Below, piece after piece: positions 38,038 to 48,959 of a stretch of DNA of 62,383 nt (its first letter is position 1; every line of letters begins with the position of its first letter). This DNA is from an uncultured Collinsella sp. (GTDB lineage: Bacteria > Actinomycetota > Coriobacteriia > Coriobacteriales > Coriobacteriaceae). Both the position numbers and the translations under genes were made by a program. The notes under the pieces were generated by a model, which had not been told where the DNA came from, ran no database searches, and was given only the letters and a program-made list of their open reading frames with translations. Where the stretch lies: the NCBI GenBank assembly GCA_905207015.1, contig CAJLJQ010000001.1:1-62383 (forward strand), written 5' to 3'.

Positions 38038-38661
38038 ATGCCCGATTCCCGCACACTCTGGACCGCCGTCGTTATCATCTGTATCGCCGTGTCGGTGTTC
38101 TTTAGCATCAAAAAACGCACCACGTTTAAGCGCCTGCAGCAGCTTATGGCTGCCAAGCAGTGGGACGAGTTTGATCGTTTGCTCGACGCCAAACTCACCA
38201 GCATGCTGTACCCGCGCTACAACCGTGACTACCTGCGCCTGAACTCCTATCTGCTGCGCGAGGACCACGAGCGCGTCGACGAGATGTTCGACCTGCTGCT
38301 GGGGCTCAACCTGCCCAAGATGCAGCGCGTCGACCTGGTGATCAAGGCCTTTAACTACTACGTTGGGCAGGAGGATCGCAAAAAGTCCAAGGAGCTGCTG
38401 CACGAGATCAAGGGCTTTGAGGGCGGTCAGGCCGAGGCGGTCGCGCACGAGTGTCAGCTGATGTACGACACGATGATCCTCAAGCGCCACAACGACATTC
38501 CCGAACTGGAGCGCATGCTCGAGGATGTCGGCGACGACCCGGTCAAGCGCTGCCGCTTGGAGTACCTGCTGGCCCTGCAGTACCAAAACAAGGGCGACGA
38601 GGCAAAGTATACCGAGTACTTGGAAAAGTCGGGTCAGCACTCGATGGCCGTCAACGCGTAA
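38038..38661 (+). CDS. Membrane-anchored helical (TPR-like) hypothetical protein
   Basis: N-terminal TM followed by basic patch; alpha-helical composition; host-like codon usage. Confidence 0.75.
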   Translation: MPDSRTLWTAVVIICIAVSVFFSIKKRTTFKRLQQLMAAKQWDEFDRLLDAKLTSMLYPRYNRDYLRLNSYLLREDHERVDEMFDLLLGLNLPKMQRVDLVIKAFNYYVGQEDRKKSKELLHEIKGFEGGQAEAVAHECQLMYDTMILKRHNDIPELERMLEDVGDDPVKRCRLEYLLALQYQNKGDEAKYTEYLEKSGQHSMAVNA

Positions 38662-38692
38662 CGGACGGCTTGTGCTAGACTTCTAGTCTCAC

Positions 38693-38777
38693 GGGGGCGT
38701 GGCGGAATTGGCATACGCAGGAGACTTAAAATCTCTCGCCGCAAGGATTGTGGGTTCGAGTCCCACCGCCCCTACCA
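38693..38777 (+). tRNA. tRNA-Leu (anticodon TAA)
   Basis: GGGGGCG/CGCCCCT acceptor stem, GGAGA-CTTAAAA-TCTCT anticodon arm, long variable arm, GGTTCGAGTCC, encoded CCA. Confidence 0.96.
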
Positions 38778-38787
38778 CGTATTGTCT

Positions 38788-38827
38788 ACGGGCCCGTATC
38801 CCTTTGGGATGCGGGCCCGTTTCTTTT
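38788..38827 (+). terminator. tRNA terminator
   Basis: ACGGGCCCGTATCCC-TTT-GGGATGCGGGCCCGT followed by TTCTTTT. Confidence 0.85.
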
Positions 38828-38904
38828 AGATGCCGTCAACTGCAGGGCAGCTAATTTGGGACGTAGCTTTTTTGACTACTTTTTTCCACTCACCCAATGA
38901 GTTT

Positions 38905-38994
38905 TCTCACACATTTTTCGATGGAAAAACGTGGTTATCTCGCACATTTTCCGATGGAAAAACGTGGTTGTCTCACACATTTTCCGATGGAAAC
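38905..38994. repeat. 33-bp tandem repeat, about 2.7 copies
   Basis: TCTC(A/G)CACATTTT(T/C)CGATGGAAAAACGTGGTT(A/G) at 38905, 38938, 38971. Confidence 0.9.
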
Positions 38995-39036
38995 GCCCAA
39001 ATGGCCTTATACTAGCCGAGAGGGTTGGGAGGCAAT

Positions 39037-40338
39037 ATGCAACGACAGCTTATGAGTGAACTTATCGCTTGGAAATCAAGGGCGAATCGTAAACCTCTCT
39101 TGCTTAAGGGAGCCCGCCAGACAGGAAAGACTTGGCTTCTTAACGAATTCGCAAGCCAGCAGTATCGAAACGTCATTCGTTTTGACTTTATGCTCGAGCC
39201 GAGCACACGCTCGCTGTTCGATGGGGACCTCGACCCCAAGCGCATCATCTCCCAGATAGAGCTCCTACGTGGCCAAACCGTAACGCCGACAGACACGCTC
39301 ATCATCTTCGACGAGATCCAAGAGGCGCCACGCGGGATCACCTCGCTCAAGTACTTCAACGAGCTTGCACCCGAATACCACATCGTAGCAGCCGGTTCCT
39401 ATATGGGCCTCGCGCTCCGACGCGAAAACGAGTCATTTCCCGTCGGCAAAATCGACCAGCTCACCATGCGTCCCATGGGGTTTGCCGAGTTCGTTCGCGC
39501 CGTCGACGGCAACCCGCTCGCCGACGCCATCCTTGCCGCAGACATGAACCTTCTAGCAAACGTCACCGAAAAGCTCGTGCACTTGCTCAAGGAATACCTT
39601 GTTGTCGGTGGTATGCCCGAAGTTGTCTCCGCTTTCGCCGAGACACGCGACTTCATTGAAGCCCGAAGGCTTCAGCAGCAAATCATCGAGGCTTACGAAT
39701 CCGATTTTGGCAAACATGCACCCGCCCGCATCGTCGAGCGCATGAGGTTGGTTTGGAAATCCCTTCCCGGCCAGCTTGCCAAGGAGAACAAGAAGTTTGT
39801 CTATGGCGCCCTTCGCCCCGGAGCGCGCGCACGCGATTTTGAGGAAAGCCTCCAGTGGCTCACGGACTACGGAATCGTTCATAAGGTGCCGCGCGTTTCC
39901 GCTCTCAGGGCACCGCTTTCGAGCTATGAGGACCTCTCGGGCTTCAAGCTGTTTTGCATCGACACCGGCATCCTCGGCGCGCTCTCCGGTCTCTCTCCGG
40001 CCATCGTTCTTAACGGATCCGCTGTTTTTACCGAGTTCAAAGGTTCGCTGACCGAACAATACGTCGCGCAGGAGCTTTTGCTCCAGGACAAAACTCCCGT
40101 GTATTGGTCCTCTACCTCTGGCAATGCCGAAACCGACTTTGCCATCGACCATGCGGGAACCGTGCTTCCGCTTGAGGTCAAGGCGGCAGAGAACCTTAAA
40201 GCGAAGAGTCTGAAAATAGCCTGCGAAAAATTCAAACTCGAGCGTTGCGTGAGGAGCTCTCTGGCGGCATATAGAGACGAGGACACGCTCGTCAATATTC
40301 CGCTTTGGGAAATTGGGCAAATCGACAAACTGGCATAA
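39037..40338 (+). CDS. AAA_14 + DUF4143 ATP-binding protein
   Basis: GARQTGKT, FDEIQ, AAGS, FPVGK, VGGMPE, K.F..DTG.L, E.DF...P.EVKA. Confidence 0.9.
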   Translation: MQRQLMSELIAWKSRANRKPLLLKGARQTGKTWLLNEFASQQYRNVIRFDFMLEPSTRSLFDGDLDPKRIISQIELLRGQTVTPTDTLIIFDEIQEAPRGITSLKYFNELAPEYHIVAAGSYMGLALRRENESFPVGKIDQLTMRPMGFAEFVRAVDGNPLADAILAADMNLLANVTEKLVHLLKEYLVVGGMPEVVSAFAETRDFIEARRLQQQIIEAYESDFGKHAPARIVERMRLVWKSLPGQLAKENKKFVYGALRPGARARDFEESLQWLTDYGIVHKVPRVSALRAPLSSYEDLSGFKLFCIDTGILGALSGLSPAIVLNGSAVFTEFKGSLTEQYVAQELLLQDKTPVYWSSTSGNAETDFAIDHAGTVLPLEVKAAENLKAKSLKIACEKFKLERCVRSSLAAYRDEDTLVNIPLWEIGQIDKLA

Positions 40339-40358
40339 AGGCTGCGGAGGCGCTCAGC

Positions 40359-40480
40359 AAGGACTGTCCCCAGGTGCCGGCAGAAAAGAAACGTCCCTAG
40401 GTGCCGGCTGTTGAGTTGCGGTGGAATAGGGACTGGTTGGGGCCCGAAAGGGCGATTTTAGTCCGCATTTCACCGCAACT
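40359..40480. repeat. REP-like hairpins followed by a ~67-nt palindrome
   Basis: GCCGGCA-GAAAAGAAACGTCCCTAGG-TGCCGGC (related inverted copy near 26430-26461); AGTTGCGGTG/CACCGCAACT with GCCC-GAAA-GGGC. Confidence 0.6.
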
Positions 40481-40493
40481 TATGAGGGGATGG

Positions 40494-41495
40494 TTAAAGG
40501 GCGCTCAGGCTCGGGGTCCAGGCGATGGTGGGAGTCGCGCCGTCGAGAACCTCGTTGATGGTGGCGGCCATACCGGCGAGCAGGCTGTTCTCGCTCACGG
40601 TAAGCGTCTTGTAGCCGCCGGCGCGCATAAGCTCGCGGATCACCACGGCGCCGGCCAGAATCACGCCCGCGCGCTTGGGCTGCACGCCCGGCAACGCGGC
40701 AATGCCCGTAACGTCCAGCGCGGACATGCGCTCGATAGCGGCTGAAACCTGTTCCATCGAAAGCTCGCGCAGGTGCACAAAGCTCGAATCATACGGTTCC
40801 AGCTCGTGAACGAGTGCCACGAGCGTGGTGACGGTGCCACCCACCGCGACGAGGCGCTCGGCGCGCTCAAAGTCGACAGGCAGGCCCTCAAAGTAAGCCC
40901 CGAACTGCTCGCCCGCCCATACGCCAGCGGCGGCAAGTTCACTGTCCGTTGGCGGCAGCGCCGAGAAAAACCGCTCCGTCACGCGACGGCAACCGATGTC
41001 CAGTGAGCGCGTTCCCTTCAGCGCAAAGACCCCGCGCTCAGGCGCATAGACGCCCGTCGCGAGCTCCGTGGAGCCACCGCCCGAATCGGCGACGATGATG
41101 CGCTCGTCAGCAAAGTCGTGTGCCACGCCAAAAAACGTCAGGCGCGCCTCGACCTCGCCCGGAATCACCTGCGGTTCGAGCCCCAGATCGTGCAGACCGT
41201 CCAGCAGCAGTGCGGCGTTGGACGCATCACGCGCAGCACTCGTGCACGTGGTGCAGATGCACGCGGCCCCAAAGGCACGGGCTTCGTCCACAAACATGTG
41301 GCACGCAGCGAGCACGCGCTCAACGGCCGCCTCGCAAAAGCGCCCCGTCGCGTCCACGCCCTCGCCCAAGTCGGTGATCTCGGTATGCTTGGACGATTCC
41401 ACGATCGCCCAGCCCTCGACCTGCGCTAGCACTAGTCGCGACGACACCGTTCCCAAGTCGATCGCGGCCACCTTATATCGTTTGCAATTTGTCAT
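40494..41495 (-). CDS. ppx: Ppx/GppA family exopolyphosphatase
   Basis: AAIDLGT.S.RL, TSAARDA.N, G..EA.LTF.G, D.GGGSTE, GGT.TT, RA.VI.AG. Confidence 0.9.
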   Translation of the reverse strand: MTNCKRYKVAAIDLGTVSSRLVLAQVEGWAIVESSKHTEITDLGEGVDATGRFCEAAVERVLAACHMFVDEARAFGAACICTTCTSAARDASNAALLLDGLHDLGLEPQVIPGEVEARLTFFGVAHDFADERIIVADSGGGSTELATGVYAPERGVFALKGTRSLDIGCRRVTERFFSALPPTDSELAAAGVWAGEQFGAYFEGLPVDFERAERLVAVGGTVTTLVALVHELEPYDSSFVHLRELSMEQVSAAIERMSALDVTGIAALPGVQPKRAGVILAGAVVIRELMRAGGYKTLTVSENSLLAGMAATINEVLDGATPTIAWTPSLSAL

Positions 41496-41523
41496 TGCGG
41501 GCTCCCCTCCGGGCGCTACTCGC

Positions 41524-42282
41524 CTACTCGCCGCTGGACGCGACCGTCTGACCCTCGACGCCGTTAAATCCAAACAGCATGTCGAGCGTCTGAATGTACC
41601 ACGGCGCGTCCTTGCCGACTTCCTCAATCTCCTTGGCCACTTCGCTGGCCTTCTTGGCGTTTGAGGACTTTTTGCTCGACGACGAATCCGAATCCTCGTC
41701 CAGACCCTGTACTTCAATCCTCTTTTCTCCGGGCATCACCATGCCCAGTTCCCGTGCCCGATCCTTAATGCCCTCTTCCGAGAGCCACTTGTCAGTGTCT
41801 TTTTTCATCTCATCTCTGTATTGCTCGCGAATCTCGACCTGCTTGGCCAAGATGTCGTTCGAGCGTTTTGCAACGTACAGGTCGCGTACGGGAAAATACA
41901 GGCTCACGAGCGCCAGCGCCACCACGATACCGATAAACAGCGGACGAAGAGAGCCATGCGTAAAGTCATAGATCGCCTTGACCACCGCGTTGTCGTTGGC
42001 GTAATGCATAAAGTCCGAGCCCGAAAGACGGCTCGAAGGCCTGCTCGACCTGTCGTGTGCCTGAGTCGAGGGACGCGACGCATGCGACGAACGTGCCGGG
42101 CGCACCGGTCCATCTGTCGAAGTATTCACTTGAGCATTGGGGCGCGAGGTACTTGTCGGGCGCTGCGCGGGGCGGTCGACGCCGGCGTAGGCGGACCCAC
42201 CGAGCTGCACCGTGCGCGCACGACGAGGCGACGGCTCGCGCGAACCGGCGGAATAGTACCTGTTGTCGTAAATCTGATCCAT
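41524..42282 (-). CDS. Septum formation initiator (FtsB/DivIC family)
   Basis: Single TM, coiled coil, I...ARE.LGMV.PGE; conserved position after eno. Confidence 0.8.
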   Translation of the reverse strand: MDQIYDNRYYSAGSREPSPRRARTVQLGGSAYAGVDRPAQRPTSTSRPNAQVNTSTDGPVRPARSSHASRPSTQAHDRSSRPSSRLSGSDFMHYANDNAVVKAIYDFTHGSLRPLFIGIVVALALVSLYFPVRDLYVAKRSNDILAKQVEIREQYRDEMKKDTDKWLSEEGIKDRARELGMVMPGEKRIEVQGLDEDSDSSSSKKSSNAKKASEVAKEIEEVGKDAPWYIQTLDMLFGFNGVEGQTVASSGE

Positions 42283-42469
42283 GTGCGCCTTGTGCGGTTG
42301 AGGTTTGTTTGCGCTAAGTCCTTTAGTTATAGCACGAGCGCGCGCACCACCTTCGGCAGCCTTTGCTCGACATAAAAAAGGCGCTGAGCCATATGGCCCA
42401 GCGCCCAACGGCGGCCATCAGAAGTGGAGCGGAGCCGAGTCAACCCCGCCCCCCCCGAGCACCACTTGT

Positions 42470-43771
<1,302 letters not shown>

Positions 43772-43948
43772 TCACTTGGAAACGGGTTGAATGCTTGGCG
43801 ACACGGCTTGCACGCTACAGCGGCGCGCAGGTTCATAAGTTAGCCTTATCGCACTTTTTGCATTATGCCCTAAGTTAGCCAAGGGATACAATCTTTTTAA
43901 AAAATAATAGGGGCGATGGGACAAGTCCGTCCCGTCGCCCCCGCAGTC

Positions 43949-44809
43949 TTACTCCTCTGCCTTTGCGGCATCCCAGAGGTCATTGAGGCCGTGGGTCGAA
44001 AGCTCGGCAAGATCCACGTGGGCGTCGGCCGCCATCTGCTCCATCGCGGCCCAACGGCGGCGGAACTTGGCCGTGCTGGCACGCAGGGCGCTCTCGGCGT
44101 CAATTCCCTCTTTGCGCGCGACGTTGACCAGGGCAAAGAGCAGGTCGCCAAACTCCATCTCGCGCTCGGGCGAGCCGGGAGCCTCGGCCTCAAACTCGGC
44201 ACGCTCCTCAGCGACCTCGTCCCACACGTCCTGGACCGTCTCCCACTCAAAGCCCACGGCAGCCGCCTTGCGCGACACCTTCTGAGCCTGCATCAGCGCC
44301 GGCAGGTGCGTGGGTACACCGTCGAGCAGACCCTCGGGTGCGGCCCCGCCTGCCGCCACGGCCTGGTCTTTGGCGGCCTTCTCGGCAAGCTTGACCTCGT
44401 CCCAAATCTTGAGCACCTCGTCGGAGTTGTCGGCATCCGCATCGCCAAACACGTGCGGGTGACGACGGATGAGCTTGGCGTCGATATCGCGCGCCACATC
44501 GGCCAGCGAAAACTCGCCGGCATCCGCCGCAATCTGCGCATGCAGTACGACCTGCATGAGCACGTCGCCCAACTCCTCGCGCAGGTGTGCCGCGTCGTCG
44601 GCCTCGATGCAGTCGAGTGCCTCGTAGGCTTCCTCGATCATGTTCTTGCCAATGCTGCGGTGCGTCTGCTCGCGGTCCCACGGGCAGCCGTCGGGCTGAC
44701 GCAGGCGCCAGATGGTCTGCACCAGATGCTGCAGCTCGGCCGACGCGTCTACCAGCGTGGACAGGTCGCGCGAACCCTCGGCATTTTGCTGAGCCATATG
44801 CTCGGCCAT
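43949..44809 (-). CDS. mazG: Nucleoside triphosphate pyrophosphohydrolase MazG
   Basis: LR..DGCPWDREQT, EEAYE, EELGD, RRHPHVFG, E.GDLLF, KF.RR. Confidence 0.93.
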   Translation of the reverse strand: MAEHMAQQNAEGSRDLSTLVDASAELQHLVQTIWRLRQPDGCPWDREQTHRSIGKNMIEEAYEALDCIEADDAAHLREELGDVLMQVVLHAQIAADAGEFSLADVARDIDAKLIRRHPHVFGDADADNSDEVLKIWDEVKLAEKAAKDQAVAAGGAAPEGLLDGVPTHLPALMQAQKVSRKAAAVGFEWETVQDVWDEVAEERAEFEAEAPGSPEREMEFGDLLFALVNVARKEGIDAESALRASTAKFRRRWAAMEQMAADAHVDLAELSTHGLNDLWDAAKAEE

Positions 44810-44811
44810 GG

Positions 44812-45360
44812 TTAGTCCTCCCCCATGATCACATGGCGGAACGCGCCGCCCTCGTAGACGCCGTAGCTATGTGTGCCGTCCTTGGGGATGCTCACGCTGC
44901 CGGGATTGAAGAGCCACAGACCCGGGTGCGCGGCGCTTTCCTCGTTAACCTTGATGTGCGTATGGCCGTAGACGAGCGCGGAGCCCTCGGGCAGCGCGGG
45001 CGCGTGGTCAACGCTGTTGTGCATGCCGGCGCCAAAAACGTGGCCGTGCGTCAGGAACAGCTCGCGGCCGGCCTCGTCGAACAGCGTGGCGTAGTCGGCC
45101 ATGACGGGAAAGTCGAGGACCATCTGGTCGACCTCGGCGTCGCAGTTGCCGCGGACGGCAATGATGCGGTCGGCCAGGGCGTTGAGCAGCGGAATCACGC
45201 GCTTGGGGGCGTAGTCGCGCGGCAGGTCGTTGCGCGGGCCGTGGTAGAGCAGGTCGCCCAGCAGCACGATGCGGTCGGGCTGCTCGGATTCGATTGCGGC
45301 GACCAGACGCTCGGTCCAGTATGCCGAGCCGTGAATGTCGGAAGCGATGAGGTATTTCAT
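44812..45360 (-). CDS. yfcE: Phosphodiesterase, YfcE family
   Basis: SDIHGS, GDLLYHGPRN, RGNCD, THGH, GHTH, NPGS.S.PK. Confidence 0.9.
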   Translation of the reverse strand: MKYLIASDIHGSAYWTERLVAAIESEQPDRIVLLGDLLYHGPRNDLPRDYAPKRVIPLLNALADRIIAVRGNCDAEVDQMVLDFPVMADYATLFDEAGRELFLTHGHVFGAGMHNSVDHAPALPEGSALVYGHTHIKVNEESAAHPGLWLFNPGSVSIPKDGTHSYGVYEGGAFRHVIMGED

Positions 45361-45415
45361 GGTGGTCCTTTCGGGTGGGGCTGATGTGGCCGGGCGCGAG
45401 ATGTCGCCGGCCGCG

Positions 45416-45901
45416 CTATTCAAATCGCAGTGCCGAGGCTTGTGCCGTCTGCATCACGCGCTGGAGCGGCACGTTATGCTCGCGGGCAAGACGGGCGCAG
45501 TCCTCGTACTCGGGCGCCGCACGCTCACTGCCGTCGGGCAGGGTGGCCACCTTGACGGCCACTTCGCCCCAAGGCGTCGCCACCTGCTCAAAGCGGCGTG
45601 GCAGACAGACGCGTTCCATCACCTGGCGACGAATGCCGTTGGTCGTGGTTTCCAAAAAGATGATCGTCTGCAGATGGTCAATGTCCTCGCGGGCGCAGAT
45701 TACCTGCAGCTGCCAGCCGGGGCGACCTTTTTTGCAGTAGAGAGGCAACCAGTGCACCTCGCGCGCACCTGCCTCGCGCAGGCGGTCCGCGGCATAAGCG
45801 AGTACCTCGGGCGACGCGTCGTCGATGTCGCACTCCAGCTTGACGATGGTTTCGGGCGCATCGATCTCGCGGGACAGCGGAGATGTACTTCCACGTTGCA
45901 T
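45416..45901 (-). CDS. Stand-alone LarC C-terminal domain (nickel insertion protein fragment)
   Basis: LECDIDD.SPE, KKGRP, ETTT.GIR, T.WG.V.VK, PEYEDC; N-terminal LarC half absent; start uncertain. Confidence 0.8.
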   Translation of the reverse strand: MQRGSTSPLSREIDAPETIVKLECDIDDASPEVLAYAADRLREAGAREVHWLPLYCKKGRPGWQLQVICAREDIDHLQTIIFLETTTNGIRRQVMERVCLPRRFEQVATPWGEVAVKVATLPDGSERAAPEYEDCARLAREHNVPLQRVMQTAQASALRFE

Positions 45902-46188
45902 ACGGTCCGGATCCTTTCCGCGCGGGCTCGTTTTATTCACCCAAACGCTAGCACATCGGACGTGGCACAGGCGTGACTTTCGTCCGTCGCCGCCCTCGCC
46001 CCTATCCAAATATGTACATCAGCCTCCAAACATGTCATTTTTTGTCGGTTTTGGAGGCTGGCGTACACGTTTTGAGAGCAAGCGAGGCCGCACCGCCTTT
46101 CCAATCGATTTCGGCACCCGGCGTGCGCGGCGTGTTGAGAGCTGCACCATTACAATGGAGCGGATTCACCAAATGCAAAGGAGTCGCC

Positions 46189-47100
46189 ATGCCCGCCTGC
46201 CCGCTGGTCGATTGCCATACTCATACCTCGTTCTCGGACGGGCACGCCTCGTTCGAGGACAACGTCCGTGCCGCTGCTGCCGCCGGCTGCCGCGTCATGG
46301 TCTCGACCGACCACCTTCCCCTGCCCGCCAGTATGGATGCTAACTGCGAGGTGCAGGTCGTCGAGGGCGACTTGCCGGCACATCGTTTGGCCTTTGAGGA
46401 CGCCCGCAAACTCGCCGCGCAGATTGCGCCGGAGCTCACCTTTATCTACGGTTTTGAATGCGATTGGTACGAGGGCTGCGAGCCCTTGGTAGAGCGCTGG
46501 TCCCAGGGCGCCGTCGTACGTCTGGGCAGCGTGCACTGGATTGGCAACCCGGGCGATATTGCGGCAGGCGCCGCGGGCACGGCAGGGACAGAGGACGTCG
46601 CGCGCCCCGATACACCCGATTCCCTTTGCGGTTGGATCGACGACGATACCAACTTGCATGTTTGGGAAAACTTAGGCGTGCGCGGCGTGTGGGAGTGCTA
46701 CGTCGACGACTGGTGCCGTGCTTGCGAAAGCTCACTCAACTTTGACGCGATGGCCCATCCCGACCTGGTCATGCGCTTTTCGAAGGACGGCTTTGCACCC
46801 GACTTTGACCCCGCGCCGTTTTGGGAGCAGATGGCCGAATGCGCCCACGATACGGGTCGCCGCGTTGAGGTCTCGACCGCCGCACCGCGCAAGGGGCTCG
46901 ACGATTACTACCCCGCGACCGGGCTGTTGCGCCGCTTCGCCCATGCCGAGGTGCCCATCACCTTTGGCTCGGACGCGCACCGCGCCTGCGACATCTGCTG
47001 GAACATCCGCGAGGCCCAGGCCCACGCCTACGACTGCGGCTACCGGGCCTTCGATATCCCCCACCCCACCGGCGAATGGGAATCCACGCCCCTCGCCTAA
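46189..47100 (+). CDS. PHP-family histidinol-phosphatase (HisJ/HisK type)
   Basis: DCHTH, TDH, GFE.D, GSVH, HPDL, GSDAH; adjacent to the his operon, which has only a monofunctional HisB. Confidence 0.85.
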   Translation: MPACPLVDCHTHTSFSDGHASFEDNVRAAAAAGCRVMVSTDHLPLPASMDANCEVQVVEGDLPAHRLAFEDARKLAAQIAPELTFIYGFECDWYEGCEPLVERWSQGAVVRLGSVHWIGNPGDIAAGAAGTAGTEDVARPDTPDSLCGWIDDDTNLHVWENLGVRGVWECYVDDWCRACESSLNFDAMAHPDLVMRFSKDGFAPDFDPAPFWEQMAECAHDTGRRVEVSTAAPRKGLDDYYPATGLLRRFAHAEVPITFGSDAHRACDICWNIREAQAHAYDCGYRAFDIPHPTGEWESTPLA

Positions 47101-47131
47101 CTAGTCGTTTAAGAACGTCCCCAATGACTAG
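47101..47131 (+). repeat. REP-like hairpin filling the gap between convergent genes
   Basis: CTAGTCGTT-TAAGAACGTCCCC-AATGACTAG; includes the hisE stop codon. Confidence 0.75.
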
Positions 47132-47445
47132 TGGCGGCGGGCGTTGAGTTCGCCGGCCAGTTCGTCGAGGGTGATGCCGTAGCGCTCGAGCGTCACGAGC
47201 AGGTGGTAGATCAGGTCGCCGGCCTCGTAGCGGATGTGATCGTGGTCGTTATCCTTGCAGGCCATGATCACCTCGCTCGCCTCCTCGGCAAGCTTCTTGA
47301 GAAGCTCGTCCTCGACGTCGGTCAGCAGACGCGCGGTATAGCTCTCCTGCGGCGATGCGTCGCGACGACCGTGAATCACCTCGGCCAGTCCCGTCAGCGT
47401 CTCACCGATGTTTCCCGGCTGCACGTTAGCTGTTCTGACTCCCAT
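47128..47445 (-). CDS. hisE: Phosphoribosyl-ATP pyrophosphatase
   Basis: SYTARL, KK..EEA.E, E..DL.YH..V. Confidence 0.93.
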   Translation of the reverse strand: MGVRTANVQPGNIGETLTGLAEVIHGRRDASPQESYTARLLTDVEDELLKKLAEEASEVIMACKDNDHDHIRYEAGDLIYHLLVTLERYGITLDELAGELNARRH

Positions 47446-47460
47446 GGTTATTTCCTCTCG

Positions 47461-47688
47461 TTACTGCAGCGTAAAGTAGGTACCGGTCTCATCGAACCGA
47501 GGCTTTGCGCCCTTTTTCTCAAAGAACTCGACGACAACGGCATGGGCCTCATCGAGTCTTTCCTTCTCGGCCTCGAGCCAAAGCGACTGCGCCCCGCAGG
47601 CATCGGTCAGGTGCACGCGGCACGGCACGCCCGCGCGGAGGAGCTCGGCGTTGCAGTCGGCAACTTCGAACGGCGTCACGACCTTCAT
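47461..47688 (-). CDS. Small conserved protein with HLxDACG motif (RDAC-like family)
   Basis: [16 protein letters not shown] overlap with the hisI stop. Confidence 0.75.
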   Translation of the reverse strand: MKVVTPFEVADCNAELLRAGVPCRVHLTDACGAQSLWLEAEKERLDEAHAVVVEFFEKKGAKPRFDETGTYFTLQ

Positions 47689-48029
47689 CGCGTTCCCCCT
47701 TCCACGCGCTTAAAGAAGCAGGTACGGTTGCCGGTATGGCAGGCAGGACCCGGCGAGTCGACCTTGACCAGCAGCGTATCGCTATCGCAGTCGGCCCAGA
47801 GCTCGCGGACCTCCTGCATGTTGCCGCTCGTCGCGCCCTTGTTCCAGAGCTCCTGGCGGCTGCGGCTCCAAAACCACGTGGTACCGGTCTTGAGCGTCAG
47901 TCCCACCGACTCCTCGTTCATCCAAGCAACCATAAGCACCTCGCCGGTGTCATATTGCTGAACCACACAAGGAATCAGCCCGTTGGCGTCGTATTTAAGA
48001 TCAGCAGCTTCTACTACCTCAGTCATCAT
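47685..48029 (-). CDS. hisI: Phosphoribosyl-AMP cyclohydrolase
   Basis: [34 protein letters not shown]. Confidence 0.95.
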   Translation of the reverse strand: MMTEVVEAADLKYDANGLIPCVVQQYDTGEVLMVAWMNEESVGLTLKTGTTWFWSRSRQELWNKGATSGNMQEVRELWADCDSDTLLVKVDSPGPACHTGNRTCFFKRVEGGTR

Positions 48030-48055
48030 TTCTCCCAAGTAACAAACGAAACCCC

Positions 48056-48172
48056 ACAGGTCGGCGAGGGTTGTCCAGGTGCCGCAGGTTGCCGCGAAAG
48101 AGGAGCGACGCGTACTTTGGTACGCGAGCGACGGTTTGAGCGGCAAGATGCGGTGCCTGGACAAGCCGCAGC
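48056..48172. repeat. ~117-nt structured dispersed repeat, copy 2
   Basis: Highly similar to 21262-21377; lies between hisF and hisI. Confidence 0.85.
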
Positions 48173-48173
48173 A

Positions 48174-48956
48174 CTAGAAGTCCAACCTCACAGGGATGCC
48201 CTGCGACGCCATATACTCCTTCACCTGGCGAATGCTGAAGGTTCCAAAGTGAAAGACACTTGCTGCCAGCACGGCATCCGCCTCGCCCTCGATCACGCCC
48301 TCGGCAAAATGCTCGAGCGTACCCACGCCGCCGCTCGCGATGACGGGGATTGGTACCGCGCGCGCCACGGCGCGGGTGAGCGCCAAATCGAAGCCGGCCT
48401 TGGTGCCGTCGCGATCCATGCTGGTCAGTAGGATTTCGCCGGCGCCGCGACGAACCGCCTCCTCGGCCCACGCCACCGCGTCGATACCCGTAGCGTTGCG
48501 GCCGCCCGCCGTAAAGACCTCCCACTTAACGGCGCCCGGCTCCCCGGGCAGCCCCACGCGCTTGGCATCAATCGCCACGACCACGGCCTGGCTGCCAAAC
48601 GCCGCGGCGGCCTGGCTGATCAGCGACGGGTCGCGCACGGCGGCAGAGTTAAGCGACACCTTATCGGCACCGGCGGCAACCATGGTCCGCATACCCGCCA
48701 AGTCGCGGAAACCGCCGCCCACGGTATAGGGAATGGCCAGCTCTTCGGCCGCGTGCGCCGCCATCTCGATGGTCGTCGCGCGGTTGTCGCTTGTGGCGGT
48801 AATGTCTAAAAACACGACCTCGTCCGCGCCCTTGCGGTCGTAGGCGCGGGCCAGCTCCACCGGGTCGCCCGCATCGCGCAGGCTCACAAAGTTGACGCCC
48901 TTGACCACGCGGCCGTCCTTAACATCCAGACAGGGAATTACGCGTTTGGCAAGCAT
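48174..48956 (-). CDS. hisF: Imidazole glycerol phosphate synthase cyclase subunit
   Basis: [41 protein letters not shown]. Confidence 0.97.
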   Translation of the reverse strand: MLAKRVIPCLDVKDGRVVKGVNFVSLRDAGDPVELARAYDRKGADEVVFLDITATSDNRATTIEMAAHAAEELAIPYTVGGGFRDLAGMRTMVAAGADKVSLNSAAVRDPSLISQAAAAFGSQAVVVAIDAKRVGLPGEPGAVKWEVFTAGGRNATGIDAVAWAEEAVRRGAGEILLTSMDRDGTKAGFDLALTRAVARAVPIPVIASGGVGTLEHFAEGVIEGEADAVLAASVFHFGTFSIRQVKEYMASQGIPVRLDF

Positions 48957-48959
48957 GGG

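Noticed and set aside
38905..38994. Possible CRISPR array
   Set aside because: The repeats are directly adjacent with no unique spacers, and there are no cas genes.
38693..40400. Integrative element at tRNA-Leu
   Set aside because: No integrase and no duplicated tRNA 3' end were seen in the window.
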